A stretch of DNA of 64,000 nucleotides, from NCBI GenBank assembly GCA_038243585.1, contig JBBSQY010000004.1, forward strand, positions 50,171-114,170. Direction: 5' to 3'. The DNA is from Candidatus Sumerlaeales bacterium. GTDB lineage: Bacteria; Sumerlaeota; Sumerlaeia; Sumerlaeales; Sumerlaeaceae. Each line of letters opens with the position of its first letter. The first letter of the stretch is position 1. Shown one piece after another: positions 40,246 through 49,578 of the stretch. The notes under the pieces are model-generated. The model saw only the letters and a list, made by a program, of their open reading frames with translations. It ran no database searches and was not told the DNA's origin. Made by a program: the position numbers and the translations under genes.

Positions 40246-42609
40246 TTATTTTGTGTTCTGCAGGAATTCAAGCATGGAATCTTCCATCGTCGGCGTAAGG
40301 CGATTAATCTCTTGCGGCTTTTCAATCTTTAGATTATCGGTCGAATCAAAAGCAGCGTAGATAGATGCGACCTTGTTTAGCTCCGAAGTTACCGCACTGG
40401 GGTTTGAATGGCGATCCAGCAGGGGCGCAACGACCATAAGCGGACGCGGCGCAATGCACGCCATAATCTCGCCAAAGTCTATGGGCGCGGTTTTCGGATC
40501 TTCCGCAAACAGGCCAAGACGGGGGATAAAGCCATGCTGATGAGACATGACCCGTATGCTTTCATACCGGCTGTCACTGGCTCTCCATGGCGAGAACGCC
40601 GCGACCACAGCAACGCCGTCAATGCGGGGATCGACCGCCCCGGCCAGCAACGCCACCGTGCCGCCGATGGTGTCGCCGAGAAGAAATACGCGGTCTTTGT
40701 CAATGAAATCCAATGTCTCAACCGCGTCTACGCACGCGGAAACATCGCTGATCATTTTGCCCATTTTCGACCAGGCGGGCTGGCGTTTATAAAAATACTC
40801 CGCCTCTTCGAGCCGGGTGCCGAAGCCGAACATGTCGATCGCAAGCACAGCAAATCCCTTGTCCACCATATTCTGCAGCACTCGCCTTGCACCGCCGCTT
40901 CCTCCGTTCATATTATAACCGTAGGCGTAGCCATGGGCGTAGGCATACTGGTGCAGGTAGATGATGACCGGTAACCGCTCGCCCTCTTTTGTCCGTGTGG
41001 TACCGTCCTTGTTTACGGGGCAGTAGAGAGTGCCCGCCATGTGATCTCCCATCGCGGTATAAGGACCAATGTATATTTCTTTTGCCTGTTTGAGCTCAGG
41101 TCGGCCAGTGATAAGGTCCTTCCAATCGTGCCTGGATTTAGCAGTCTCGGCAGGAGCGACGGGCTTTACCCCTGGCGGTTCGTCGCCCGTCAGCCAGCGA
41201 AGCCTCTTGAGTATAGCTGCTTTATCCGGCGCAAAATCTTGCGCGTCTGCGTACTTTTCACGAAGGTGGACGGGAGAAATTGCTGTGGCGGAACTGGAGA
41301 CGTCGGGATGGTTCGATTTCCACTTCTCAAAATCCCAGTGAAAGATAAGCGTGTTCTCCCACGGAATGTCCCGCCGCTCAAACTGCACGTCAAGAAAGTC
41401 GATGTGCCGCTCGACGTCGCGCGCAGCAACGGCGTGTTCGCCATCACGCTCAAAAATTCCGAGACTGTCGGGTGCGCCGAGAAACTCATAGGCAGTTTTG
41501 ACGGAGTGGAAACACTGTTCCGCGGCCCAGACATTCGACTGATGTTCCATGATAGAGAACGTCATCAATAGCGGTCTCGGCGCGATTATCGACAGAAGTT
41601 CGTTTTGGTCTATCGGTAGCTTGTCTTCGCGCCCGAAAAAGAATCGCAGTCGCGGATGGAACCAGACGTTGGCGATTGAAGTAAGACTATCGAGGGTTTC
41701 GTTAACATACTGCGGGTCGCTGTACCGCCAGGGCATGATGCCGCCGGTGCCACAGCTGCTGCTAATGACGGCCCCGATGCGATCATCAAACGCGGCTGCC
41801 CACAGCGACTGCTTGCCGTTGCGCGAGTGTCCGGTAATAGCAATTTGCCGCTTGTTGACTTCCGGCCTGGTATAAAGATAGTCCACCACGCGAGACGCCC
41901 CCCACGCGCGACGCATAAGCTGAGAAAAATCATAATCGGGGTAAAGAGCCTGGTACGAGTCAGAATCATCTTTCATGTCTGCACCCGCATAGATGCAGCC
42001 GATATACCCGCGCCGCACAGCGAGCTGTGCCCAGTCTCGATGGTTCCACTGCGTCATGTAAACTGGGCGCGGGGCATCACCAGGCGGAATGAGCAGTTCG
42101 AAGGTCATGCGACCGGCCTGGCATGGGCCAAATCTCAGCTCGATCATTTGCGCCCGCACCCGTCCATCCATCCGGTCGGATAACACCGTGGCCTCCAGGT
42201 TTTCTGGCGCAGGCGGTACCGTGCCGCTGATCCAGTGCTGAAACTGTTGCCTGACTCGCTGGCGCTTTAATTCCCAGTCTTCCGGTGTTATAACGGCTCT
42301 GGTTGTGTTGTCGTCGAGCCGCAACACCAAAGGATCCGGCAAAAAGGGCATGGAAGGCATCTGGCTAAAATCCGGGGGAAGTTCGCCTGTGCGCTGTTGC
42401 CAGTCAGACCACGTTTTGTCCTGCAGCGTCGTCATCGGGTATCGCCCCGGCAACGAGCGATTTATGAGCAGGCTGTCCTGCAGATACCCCTGGCGACTTT
42501 CTAATGAAGTGTCCGCCGCCGGACAGGTTGTGTTGGAAAAGACCACCAGAAGCAGGGCTGAGAGAAAAGAGCGTAACGGAAGGGAGTGAAAAGAATTTAA
42601 GTAAATCAT
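40246..42609 (-). CDS. Secreted tandem alpha/beta hydrolase (CE15 glucuronoyl-esterase-like plus a second esterase-like domain)
   Basis: Signal peptide; domain 1 AWGASRVVDYL...TGHSRNGK...AFDDRI and LPIDQ.EL...IAPRP; domain 2 D.FGFG.R...GDTIGG...IAPRP. Confidence 0.78.
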   Translation of the reverse strand: MIYLNSFHSLPLRSFLSALLLVVFSNTTCPAADTSLESRQGYLQDSLLINRSLPGRYPMTTLQDKTWSDWQQRTGELPPDFSQMPSMPFLPDPLVLRLDDNTTRAVITPEDWELKRQRVRQQFQHWISGTVPPAPENLEATVLSDRMDGRVRAQMIELRFGPCQAGRMTFELLIPPGDAPRPVYMTQWNHRDWAQLAVRRGYIGCIYAGADMKDDSDSYQALYPDYDFSQLMRRAWGASRVVDYLYTRPEVNKRQIAITGHSRNGKQSLWAAAFDDRIGAVISSSCGTGGIMPWRYSDPQYVNETLDSLTSIANVWFHPRLRFFFGREDKLPIDQNELLSIIAPRPLLMTFSIMEHQSNVWAAEQCFHSVKTAYEFLGAPDSLGIFERDGEHAVAARDVERHIDFLDVQFERRDIPWENTLIFHWDFEKWKSNHPDVSSSATAISPVHLREKYADAQDFAPDKAAILKRLRWLTGDEPPGVKPVAPAETAKSRHDWKDLITGRPELKQAKEIYIGPYTAMGDHMAGTLYCPVNKDGTTRTKEGERLPVIIYLHQYAYAHGYAYGYNMNGGSGGARRVLQNMVDKGFAVLAIDMFGFGTRLEEAEYFYKRQPAWSKMGKMISDVSACVDAVETLDFIDKDRVFLLGDTIGGTVALLAGAVDPRIDGVAVVAAFSPWRASDSRYESIRVMSHQHGFIPRLGLFAEDPKTAPIDFGEIMACIAPRPLMVVAPLLDRHSNPSAVTSELNKVASIYAAFDSTDNLKIEKPQEINRLTPTMEDSMLEFLQNTK

Positions 42610-42741
42610 ACGTTTAAAATGGGGTCCGCAAAACCGACTTTGCAAGCTTTAGGAGTGGGTGCTGCCTCGCGCCTGATAGAAACTCCAATAAAGCTCACCG
42701 CCCTCCCCGATAGAATCCGGGCTTTCCGTTTACTAAACCAA

Positions 42742-42769
42742 CAGTCATCCAGAACCAGTCATCCAGAAC
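42742..42769. repeat. Exact 14-bp tandem duplication
   Basis: CAGTCATCCAGAAC twice, abutting the SulP stop codon. Confidence 0.85.
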
Positions 42770-44436
42770 TCAATTCCCATCCTCAGGAATCTCAATAATA
42801 TCGCGCGCCTTTGCCAGGGCGTCATCCAGATTACCAAAAATATTTTCCTCACCAAACTGCTGCCACAAATGCGACCGTTGCAGCGCAACAATAGGCTGTG
42901 AGTGAACGTCTGCGAGCATTAGTCTGGTGTTGTCCGCCTTGCAGCGATTAAGCAATTCGCCCAGCACGTTAAGCCCGGAACCGTCAATAGCAGGAACGTC
43001 CCTCAAGCGTAAGATAAGCACCACCGGTGGTTTGCCCACAAAGCGCAATGTATCTTTAAATTTCTCCGCAGCGCCAAAAAAGAATGGTCCGGCGATCTCG
43101 TAGACTTCGATCCCTGCCGGAATCTGACGATTCGACACAGCATTCGGATCCACTGTTTCTTCGCGATCCCTTATTTCACGAGTCACCACCGAGATGTTTG
43201 TGACTTCTGACATCCGCTTGATAAACAGCATGGCAGCCAGCACCACCACCACCTGCACAGCCACCGTAAGATCGAGAAATACTGTGAGGAGAAAAGTGAT
43301 CATCAGGACTGCAATATCATCACGAGGCGCCGTCAGAAGCTGGCGAAAATGTTGCACCTGCCTCATCTGCCAGGCAACAATAACAAGAATGCCCGCAAGG
43401 CAAGACAGCGGAATTTCCTTCGCCAGGGGAGCGGCAAAGATCAGAATCATAAGCAGAGTAAGGGCTTGTATATTCCCCGCAACCGGTGTCTTGCCTCCAC
43501 TCTTAATATTCGTAGCAGTGCGCGATAAGCCCCCCTGGCCGAAATGCCTCCCATCAGACTGGCTCCGATATTCGCGATCTCCTGGGCCACGAGTTCCATA
43601 TTCGACTTGTGGCGATTCCCGGTCATGCCGTCGGCAACGGTAGCTGACAGGAGAGATTCAATAGCCGCGAGGAGAGCCACGGTAATGGCTGCGGGTGAGA
43701 GTTCCCGCAAGAGATCAAGAGTAATTGGGGGAAGGGATGGAGAGGGGAGTGAGCGCGGAAGGTCGCCAAAACGTGTACCGATGGTTTCGACCGGGAGAGA
43801 CAAAAACCTGGTAAGCAGCCCGGCCACGACCATGGCCACGAGCATGTCGGGAATGCGGGGTGCAAAGCGGCGAAGGATTAAAATGATGGCGACAGTTCCA
43901 ACACCAATCGCCGCAGTAACCGGACTGACAGAATTCGCAGCCTTGCCGTAAGCGATCCATTTGGGAACAAACTCGGCGGGAATTTCGCTCATTTTCAGCC
44001 CGAAGAAATCCCGCATTTGCGTAGAAAAGATCACCACCGCAATCCCCGCGGTAAACCCCGTCACGACCGGAAACGGGATGAATTTTATCATCGCGCCCAG
44101 GCGTAAAAACCCCATCACAATCAGCAGTATCCCGGCCATTAAAGTACACAGCACAAGACCGGAATAACCATGCGAGGCAACGATGCCTGAGACAATAACG
44201 ACAAATGCGCCCGTCGGCCCACCGATCTGTACCCGGCTTCCACCAAACACAGAAATCAGAAACCCCGCCACTACTGCAGTAAAAATCCACCGTTCCGGCG
44301 GCACGCCTGACGCGATGGCGAACGCCATCGCCAGCGGCAATGCGATCACCCCAACTGTCAGGCCAGCCGAGAGATCCTGCAAAAACGTGAGCCGCGAGTA
44401 ATTGCGAAGACAGATGATAATTTTCGGAATGAACAT
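42770..44436 (-). pseudogene. SulP/SLC26 anion transporter with STAS domain, frameshifted
   Basis: N-half has DLSAGLTVGVIALPL, QIGGPTGAF and IESLLSA.VADGM. The frame shifts near the G6 run at about 43530. The other frame continues RTATNIKSGGKTPVAG into the STAS-containing ORF 42770..43450 (GPFFFGAA, D.SGL). Confidence 0.85.
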
Positions 44437-44580
44437 AATAGCAGATCTACAGCTTCGCACGACCAAAATGGGATCTCGCCATGAAAGTTAGTTTCAAACT
44501 TGGGGATTCCTGTGAGGTAATAACTGCCACGACTGGAAAATGCCTTGATTGCTGGGACCGGGTCCGACTTTTAGTTTTCT

Positions 44581-47277
44581 ATGAAATCCTTCTTTTTGCT
44601 CTTTGCAGCATTACTTTTGACCTCTAAAACATGCAGTGCCGCCGCTGATAAAATCGTGCTCCAGGCAGAGGCCGCCGGCCTCGCACCTGGCCGTGTCGAG
44701 ATCGTTGATCAGCCTTCGTTCCAGGGCAAAAGCGGAGCGGCTCTTGTCTCTGCCGCCAAGTCCACGGTTGATACCCCTGATGCGCCTCCCGATCTTGTTT
44801 TTCGCGTCAATGCGACAACAGCTGGCCGCTATCTGTTTACCACCCGTGCATCCGTGGATAGCGATACCGCCGTGGTCATGGAAAACGCAAAGTCCAAGCG
44901 TGAGTCTATTTATTTGCGAATCGCTGTAGGCGACAGTCGCCCCGTCCGACGTGTGGTTTTTGTGCCGTGGAGCCGGCCCGATATGTGTAACCAAACGACT
45001 GGCAAGTTTGATCTGACTGGCGAGGACGATGAAGTTCGCGTTTGGCTGCCGAAAGGTGTTCTTCTCGATTCGATTCAAATTAGTCCTTATGTGCAGCCGG
45101 CAGTCCCGGCAGCGGTGGCAACATATCAGCCTAAGATTGTGCCACCGCCTTCCCATCCGCGTCTGTGGGTTAGCGCCGAGACCCTTCCCGGGATTCGTGC
45201 AAACCTCACCAAACCCGAGAATGCACCTTCCTGGGAAAAAATCCAGGAGATCGCCGCAAAACCTGTAGTGGTTGAACCAGGTGCTGACGGGACAATGGAC
45301 TACAATCCCGATCTGGAAACCGCTGCCGTCGACAAGGCGTTCGTTTACCTGATGACCGGCGAACGGGCCATGGGCCAACAATCTGTCAAGATCATCCGGG
45401 ATTACCTGGACGCGGTTGAATTCGGAAACATTCTGGATATTACCCGCGAAATCGGCAGGGCTATTTACGCTGGTGCCCTGGTTTACGATTGGTGCTATGA
45501 TCTGATGACGCCGCAAGACCGATCGAGCATCCGCAAAAATTTAATGAGGCTGTCCGACGACATGGAAATCGGTTGGCCCCCATTTAAACAGCGCGTAGTC
45601 AACGGCCACGGAAGCGAGGCGCAGCTCTTGTCTCATCTCCTCGCTATGTCCATAGCCATATACGATGAAGATCCGGTGCCTTACAAGTACTGCTCATACA
45701 GGATCCTCGAAGAGCTCGTGCCCATGCGGGATTTTGAATACCAGTCTCCGCGACACCACCAGGGAATCGGATATGGCATTTATCGTTTCGGTTGGGATAT
45801 GCATGCGGCGTGGCTGTTCTATCGGATGACGGGTGAAAAGGTCTTCGACGCTAACATCGAAGACGTGACAAAATATTGGCTATATATGCGTCTGCCAAAT
45901 GGTCGCATGCTGGCTGACGGTGACACCACCGCCTATGACCGCGCCACGAAGTTAGGGTCACTCGCACTGTTGACCAGCGCCTACGCAAAAGACCCCTACA
46001 TGAAACGAGAGTACCTCAACCAGGGAGGGTTGCCGGACGACCCGGTCATGGTGCTGCTGCTAAACGATCCCGACCTTGCCCCTGCACCGGATTTATCTGC
46101 GCTTCCTCTCACCCTGGATTTCGGCAAAATTCGTGGAGGAATGGTCGCTCGAACCGGTTGGACCATGAGCGAGAAATCATCCGATGTCGTTGTCGAAATG
46201 AGCGGAGGTGGCTATCAGTTCGCGAATCACCAGCACTCCGACGCCGGCAGTTTCCAAATCTATTATCATGGGATACAGGTTGCTGATCTGGGAGAATACC
46301 TGTTCTACGGTACCCCTTATGACCAAGGCTTTAATAAGAGGTCCATCTCCCATAGCATGATGCTGGCCTATGATCCACAGGAGATATTTGGCCAGGGTCG
46401 GTACCCAAATGACGGCGGTACACGCTACGGTATGACGCCACCACCATCGGTATCCACTGTTAAAAATGACCCACAGTATGCAAATGGCAAAATACTGTCG
46501 GCAGATTTCGGACCTTCCAAAGCCAAGCCTGCTTTTAGCTACTTTTCAGTCGATCTTACGTCGGCCTATAGCAATAAAATCCGCAATTACGTCCGCACGT
46601 TCTGCTTCCTGAACCTTGAAAATTCCAGCATGCCTGCCGCCCTGATTGTTCTCGATAACATGGAGACCTCCGGCAGCGAGGTGGAAAAGTTTTGGCAGAT
46701 CAACACCCTGAACCCGCCCCAGCCCACTGCCGACGGAGTGCTGTTAACCAATGCCGAAGGTGGTAAATCCGGTAACGTATCTGTCCAGATGCTGCTTCCG
46801 CAGCCCGGCGATCGCAAAATGCAGATTCTGAGCGGGAAAGACTCGACCAATGTGTTTGGCAAACAGCTCACGCCGCCACAACCCGACAAGCCTCAGAGCG
46901 ACGGCCACCGCATAATGTTCTCGCCCACCACGCCACAAAAAACAAACCAGTTTCTGTCAGTAATGACCATGTCCGAGGCCGGACAAACCACCCTTTCTGC
47001 CTTGTTGGAAGAAACCCAAAACGCTTATATAATTTCCCTTGCCGACCGTGTGGTGGTACTCAGTAAGACCGGCAAACTGATATCTGATCCTATTGCTTTT
47101 AAAGTCCCTCAGAATCAGACTGCCCTGGTTACATTGACGGGATTGAAACCGGGTTTATGGGAGATCACAAAGGATGGAAAGTTAATAACCAAACTTGAGG
47201 CTTTTAAAAACAAAAACACCGGCTATACCAATTTGTCTCCAGGCCAATACCAGGTGACGCCGGCCGCGAAGCCATAA
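44581..47277 (+). CDS. Secreted heparinase II/III-like polysaccharide lyase
   Basis: Signal peptide; HPRLW, YDWCYD, GHGSE, QG..YG.YR, ARTGW, NHQHSDAGSFQIYY and SHS.ML motifs recall heparinase II. Extra N-terminal beta (CBM-like) module. Confidence 0.8.
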   Translation: MKSFFLLFAALLLTSKTCSAAADKIVLQAEAAGLAPGRVEIVDQPSFQGKSGAALVSAAKSTVDTPDAPPDLVFRVNATTAGRYLFTTRASVDSDTAVVMENAKSKRESIYLRIAVGDSRPVRRVVFVPWSRPDMCNQTTGKFDLTGEDDEVRVWLPKGVLLDSIQISPYVQPAVPAAVATYQPKIVPPPSHPRLWVSAETLPGIRANLTKPENAPSWEKIQEIAAKPVVVEPGADGTMDYNPDLETAAVDKAFVYLMTGERAMGQQSVKIIRDYLDAVEFGNILDITREIGRAIYAGALVYDWCYDLMTPQDRSSIRKNLMRLSDDMEIGWPPFKQRVVNGHGSEAQLLSHLLAMSIAIYDEDPVPYKYCSYRILEELVPMRDFEYQSPRHHQGIGYGIYRFGWDMHAAWLFYRMTGEKVFDANIEDVTKYWLYMRLPNGRMLADGDTTAYDRATKLGSLALLTSAYAKDPYMKREYLNQGGLPDDPVMVLLLNDPDLAPAPDLSALPLTLDFGKIRGGMVARTGWTMSEKSSDVVVEMSGGGYQFANHQHSDAGSFQIYYHGIQVADLGEYLFYGTPYDQGFNKRSISHSMMLAYDPQEIFGQGRYPNDGGTRYGMTPPPSVSTVKNDPQYANGKILSADFGPSKAKPAFSYFSVDLTSAYSNKIRNYVRTFCFLNLENSSMPAALIVLDNMETSGSEVEKFWQINTLNPPQPTADGVLLTNAEGGKSGNVSVQMLLPQPGDRKMQILSGKDSTNVFGKQLTPPQPDKPQSDGHRIMFSPTTPQKTNQFLSVMTMSEAGQTTLSALLEETQNAYIISLADRVVVLSKTGKLISDPIAFKVPQNQTALVTLTGLKPGLWEITKDGKLITKLEAFKNKNTGYTNLSPGQYQVTPAAKP

Positions 47278-47322
47278 GCATCTACAACGGTTAATACTTT
47301 GGGATCGAAGTGCGCGTTCCCC

Positions 47323-49500
47323 TCATTTGATCCGATTTTCCAACAAGGGAGCTGCCGTCACTAGCAGATCCTCGAGTTCGCGTGCTGAGGCGGTATCGGC
47401 GGGGTTATAGTAGACGGCCTTGCGCAGCGCCGCCACGGCGTTGTTGTAGGATTTAAAGTCTTTGGGTTGCCCCCCATGCTTTTCCAATTCCCACTGAAGC
47501 CTCCATGCCTTGCCCAGCAAATACCAGGTAAAGTGATAGCGCGGTCCCCCAGACTGCAATTGATTTTCCGTAACGGCAATAGCCCCCTGGGCGTCGCGGA
47601 TTATCGACATCTCCATCGCAAGGGTAACGGTCGTCGAACTGTCCAGCTGCTCAGTCCTGTTGCTTTGCAGTTCATTTAATACGAAACTGCCACGGTTTAC
47701 ATAGGCGGTTGCCTGTCCCTCATAAGCTTCTCCGTTAAACAGGTTATTGACCACCGCTTCCCGAAATGACCGTCCCGCCCGGTCGAGCATGGTAAGCCGC
47801 CATTGCGGATTCTGACCCGTGCCTTCCAGATACTTGCCAAGCCAATGAACCCCGGAGTTGTAGTGCACGTCCGACACAACAACTCGCCCCACCATCGCCT
47901 GCCACCCCCAGGGCAGCCACACAAATATGATCATGGTGACAATCAGGCCAACAATCGATCCCTTTCTCGAAAGCTGAACCGAAATCGGAAATGCCGCCGG
48001 CACTTCACCGCCCTCCAGGCCTAAGTCGCCCCCCGAAAGGCGGGTGGCCAGGCTTAAAGAAACAATAGCGACAATGGCAATAGGGGCCACATGAAACGGA
48101 AAATCCACTAGCGCATGCAGCGCCACCGCCGCCCCCGGCGCTGTCAGCGTCCACCACAGCGCGCGGTGGCGGGCCACCGACATTGCACGATAGCCCTTGA
48201 TGCTGTTTCGCATAAAGGCGAAAAGGCCACCAATCAGCAGCGCAAATCCCATGATACCGGTTTCCACCATGACCTGCAGGTAATCATTATGCGCCAGATC
48301 AGTGCGGCGGGTCGTGGTGCCCAGGCGGCTCTCGGGATTCGATGCAAAATAATCTCCCTGGGCCTTCGGATATTCCCAGCCAAAACTTCCCAGTCCGGTT
48401 CCAAACACAGGGTTTCGGGGAACCAGTTCTGTCAGGCTGACCGCAAGTATTCTTATCCGGGTTTCGCGGCGAAGCTGATCGATGTTAAACACGTGATCCG
48501 AGAACCGTTCCGCCACCGAGGTCCTAAGCCCCGCCATGGGGCCGGACCGTGAAAAGTGATTTAAAACGCCGATCAACAACAACGCTGCTACGGACCACGA
48601 CAGCAAAGTCATCAGCGCAAAGCGGAAAGTCATTTGCATTCTGCCCGCTCGCAATAGCTTCCACGGAAGCACTACGCAAAGGATAAGTCCCAGAACCCAG
48701 ATTGCCCGGCTTTCTGCGGCGGTAATAACGGCCACAAACAATAACACAAAAGCTGCAGTAATTGCCCGAACCCAGGTGCGACGGTTGGTCATCGTGAAGT
48801 AGATGGAAAAGCTGAGAGGAAACATAAGCCACGAAGATAGGCCGGTGTTGTGGCCGATCAGGGAGCTCATGCGGTTTCTGGGGTCGAGAGATTCTGGCAG
48901 GAACGGCGCATTGCCAACCCGCTGCATCAGGGCAAGCACGGCCAGCACAATCCCGCACAAGACGCACATTGCCATAAATCGCACGACAAACGAGCCGCCA
49001 GTGGGCAATGACCTTACAACAAGAAAAACGGCTGCGCCCGCCGCCATCAGCGTCCACGTGTGCAGGCCCTGCTGAAACGTTGCACTCCAGAATAGGGTGA
49101 TCGCAAAATATATTAAAAGGAGAAAGGCCCACGCTTCCGGCTTTGGTAGCCATGATTTTGGCCTTAAATAGTCCGGCCCCAGAGCGCTTTTCTCCAGCCC
49201 CAGGTATTGCCCCTTGATCTTAATCCATGAAAAAACAAAAAGCAGAGCCGCGACCAGCGTCAGCAGCATGCTTTCTTTTAACACTAGTGGACTGATCCCG
49301 CAGGAAATCCACGGGAGCAGCTCTCGAAACAGGGGAGTGGCCGAAAGCGACTGATGGACGGCGGCGAGCCCGTTGTCAGACAGACACAGCGGATAAGCCA
49401 GCGCCGTCGCTCCGACGATAAGGTGCAGACACAACTCCATCGCCTTATGCAGGCGCGGGGCGTAAATGCGAGGGGAAGTAACCGGATTTGGCAGATTCAT
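47323..49500 (-). CDS. O-antigen ligase / Wzy_C-domain membrane protein with a C-terminal TPR-like region
   Basis: About 12 TM helices; R..S..G..., SRA.W, P.FGTGLGSF, AHNDYLQ..VETGI.G and H.LVDFPFH. Confidence 0.85.
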   Translation of the reverse strand: MNLPNPVTSPRIYAPRLHKAMELCLHLIVGATALAYPLCLSDNGLAAVHQSLSATPLFRELLPWISCGISPLVLKESMLLTLVAALLFVFSWIKIKGQYLGLEKSALGPDYLRPKSWLPKPEAWAFLLLIYFAITLFWSATFQQGLHTWTLMAAGAAVFLVVRSLPTGGSFVVRFMAMCVLCGIVLAVLALMQRVGNAPFLPESLDPRNRMSSLIGHNTGLSSWLMFPLSFSIYFTMTNRRTWVRAITAAFVLLFVAVITAAESRAIWVLGLILCVVLPWKLLRAGRMQMTFRFALMTLLSWSVAALLLIGVLNHFSRSGPMAGLRTSVAERFSDHVFNIDQLRRETRIRILAVSLTELVPRNPVFGTGLGSFGWEYPKAQGDYFASNPESRLGTTTRRTDLAHNDYLQVMVETGIMGFALLIGGLFAFMRNSIKGYRAMSVARHRALWWTLTAPGAAVALHALVDFPFHVAPIAIVAIVSLSLATRLSGGDLGLEGGEVPAAFPISVQLSRKGSIVGLIVTMIIFVWLPWGWQAMVGRVVVSDVHYNSGVHWLGKYLEGTGQNPQWRLTMLDRAGRSFREAVVNNLFNGEAYEGQATAYVNRGSFVLNELQSNRTEQLDSSTTVTLAMEMSIIRDAQGAIAVTENQLQSGGPRYHFTWYLLGKAWRLQWELEKHGGQPKDFKSYNNAVAALRKAVYYNPADTASARELEDLLVTAAPLLENRIK

Positions 49501-49578
49501 AGTCCCAAATTAATATCGTGTTGATTGCGCGGCTGAAGAGGTTGCACAATTCTTTTCCAGCCGGTGTAGGTGAAATGT

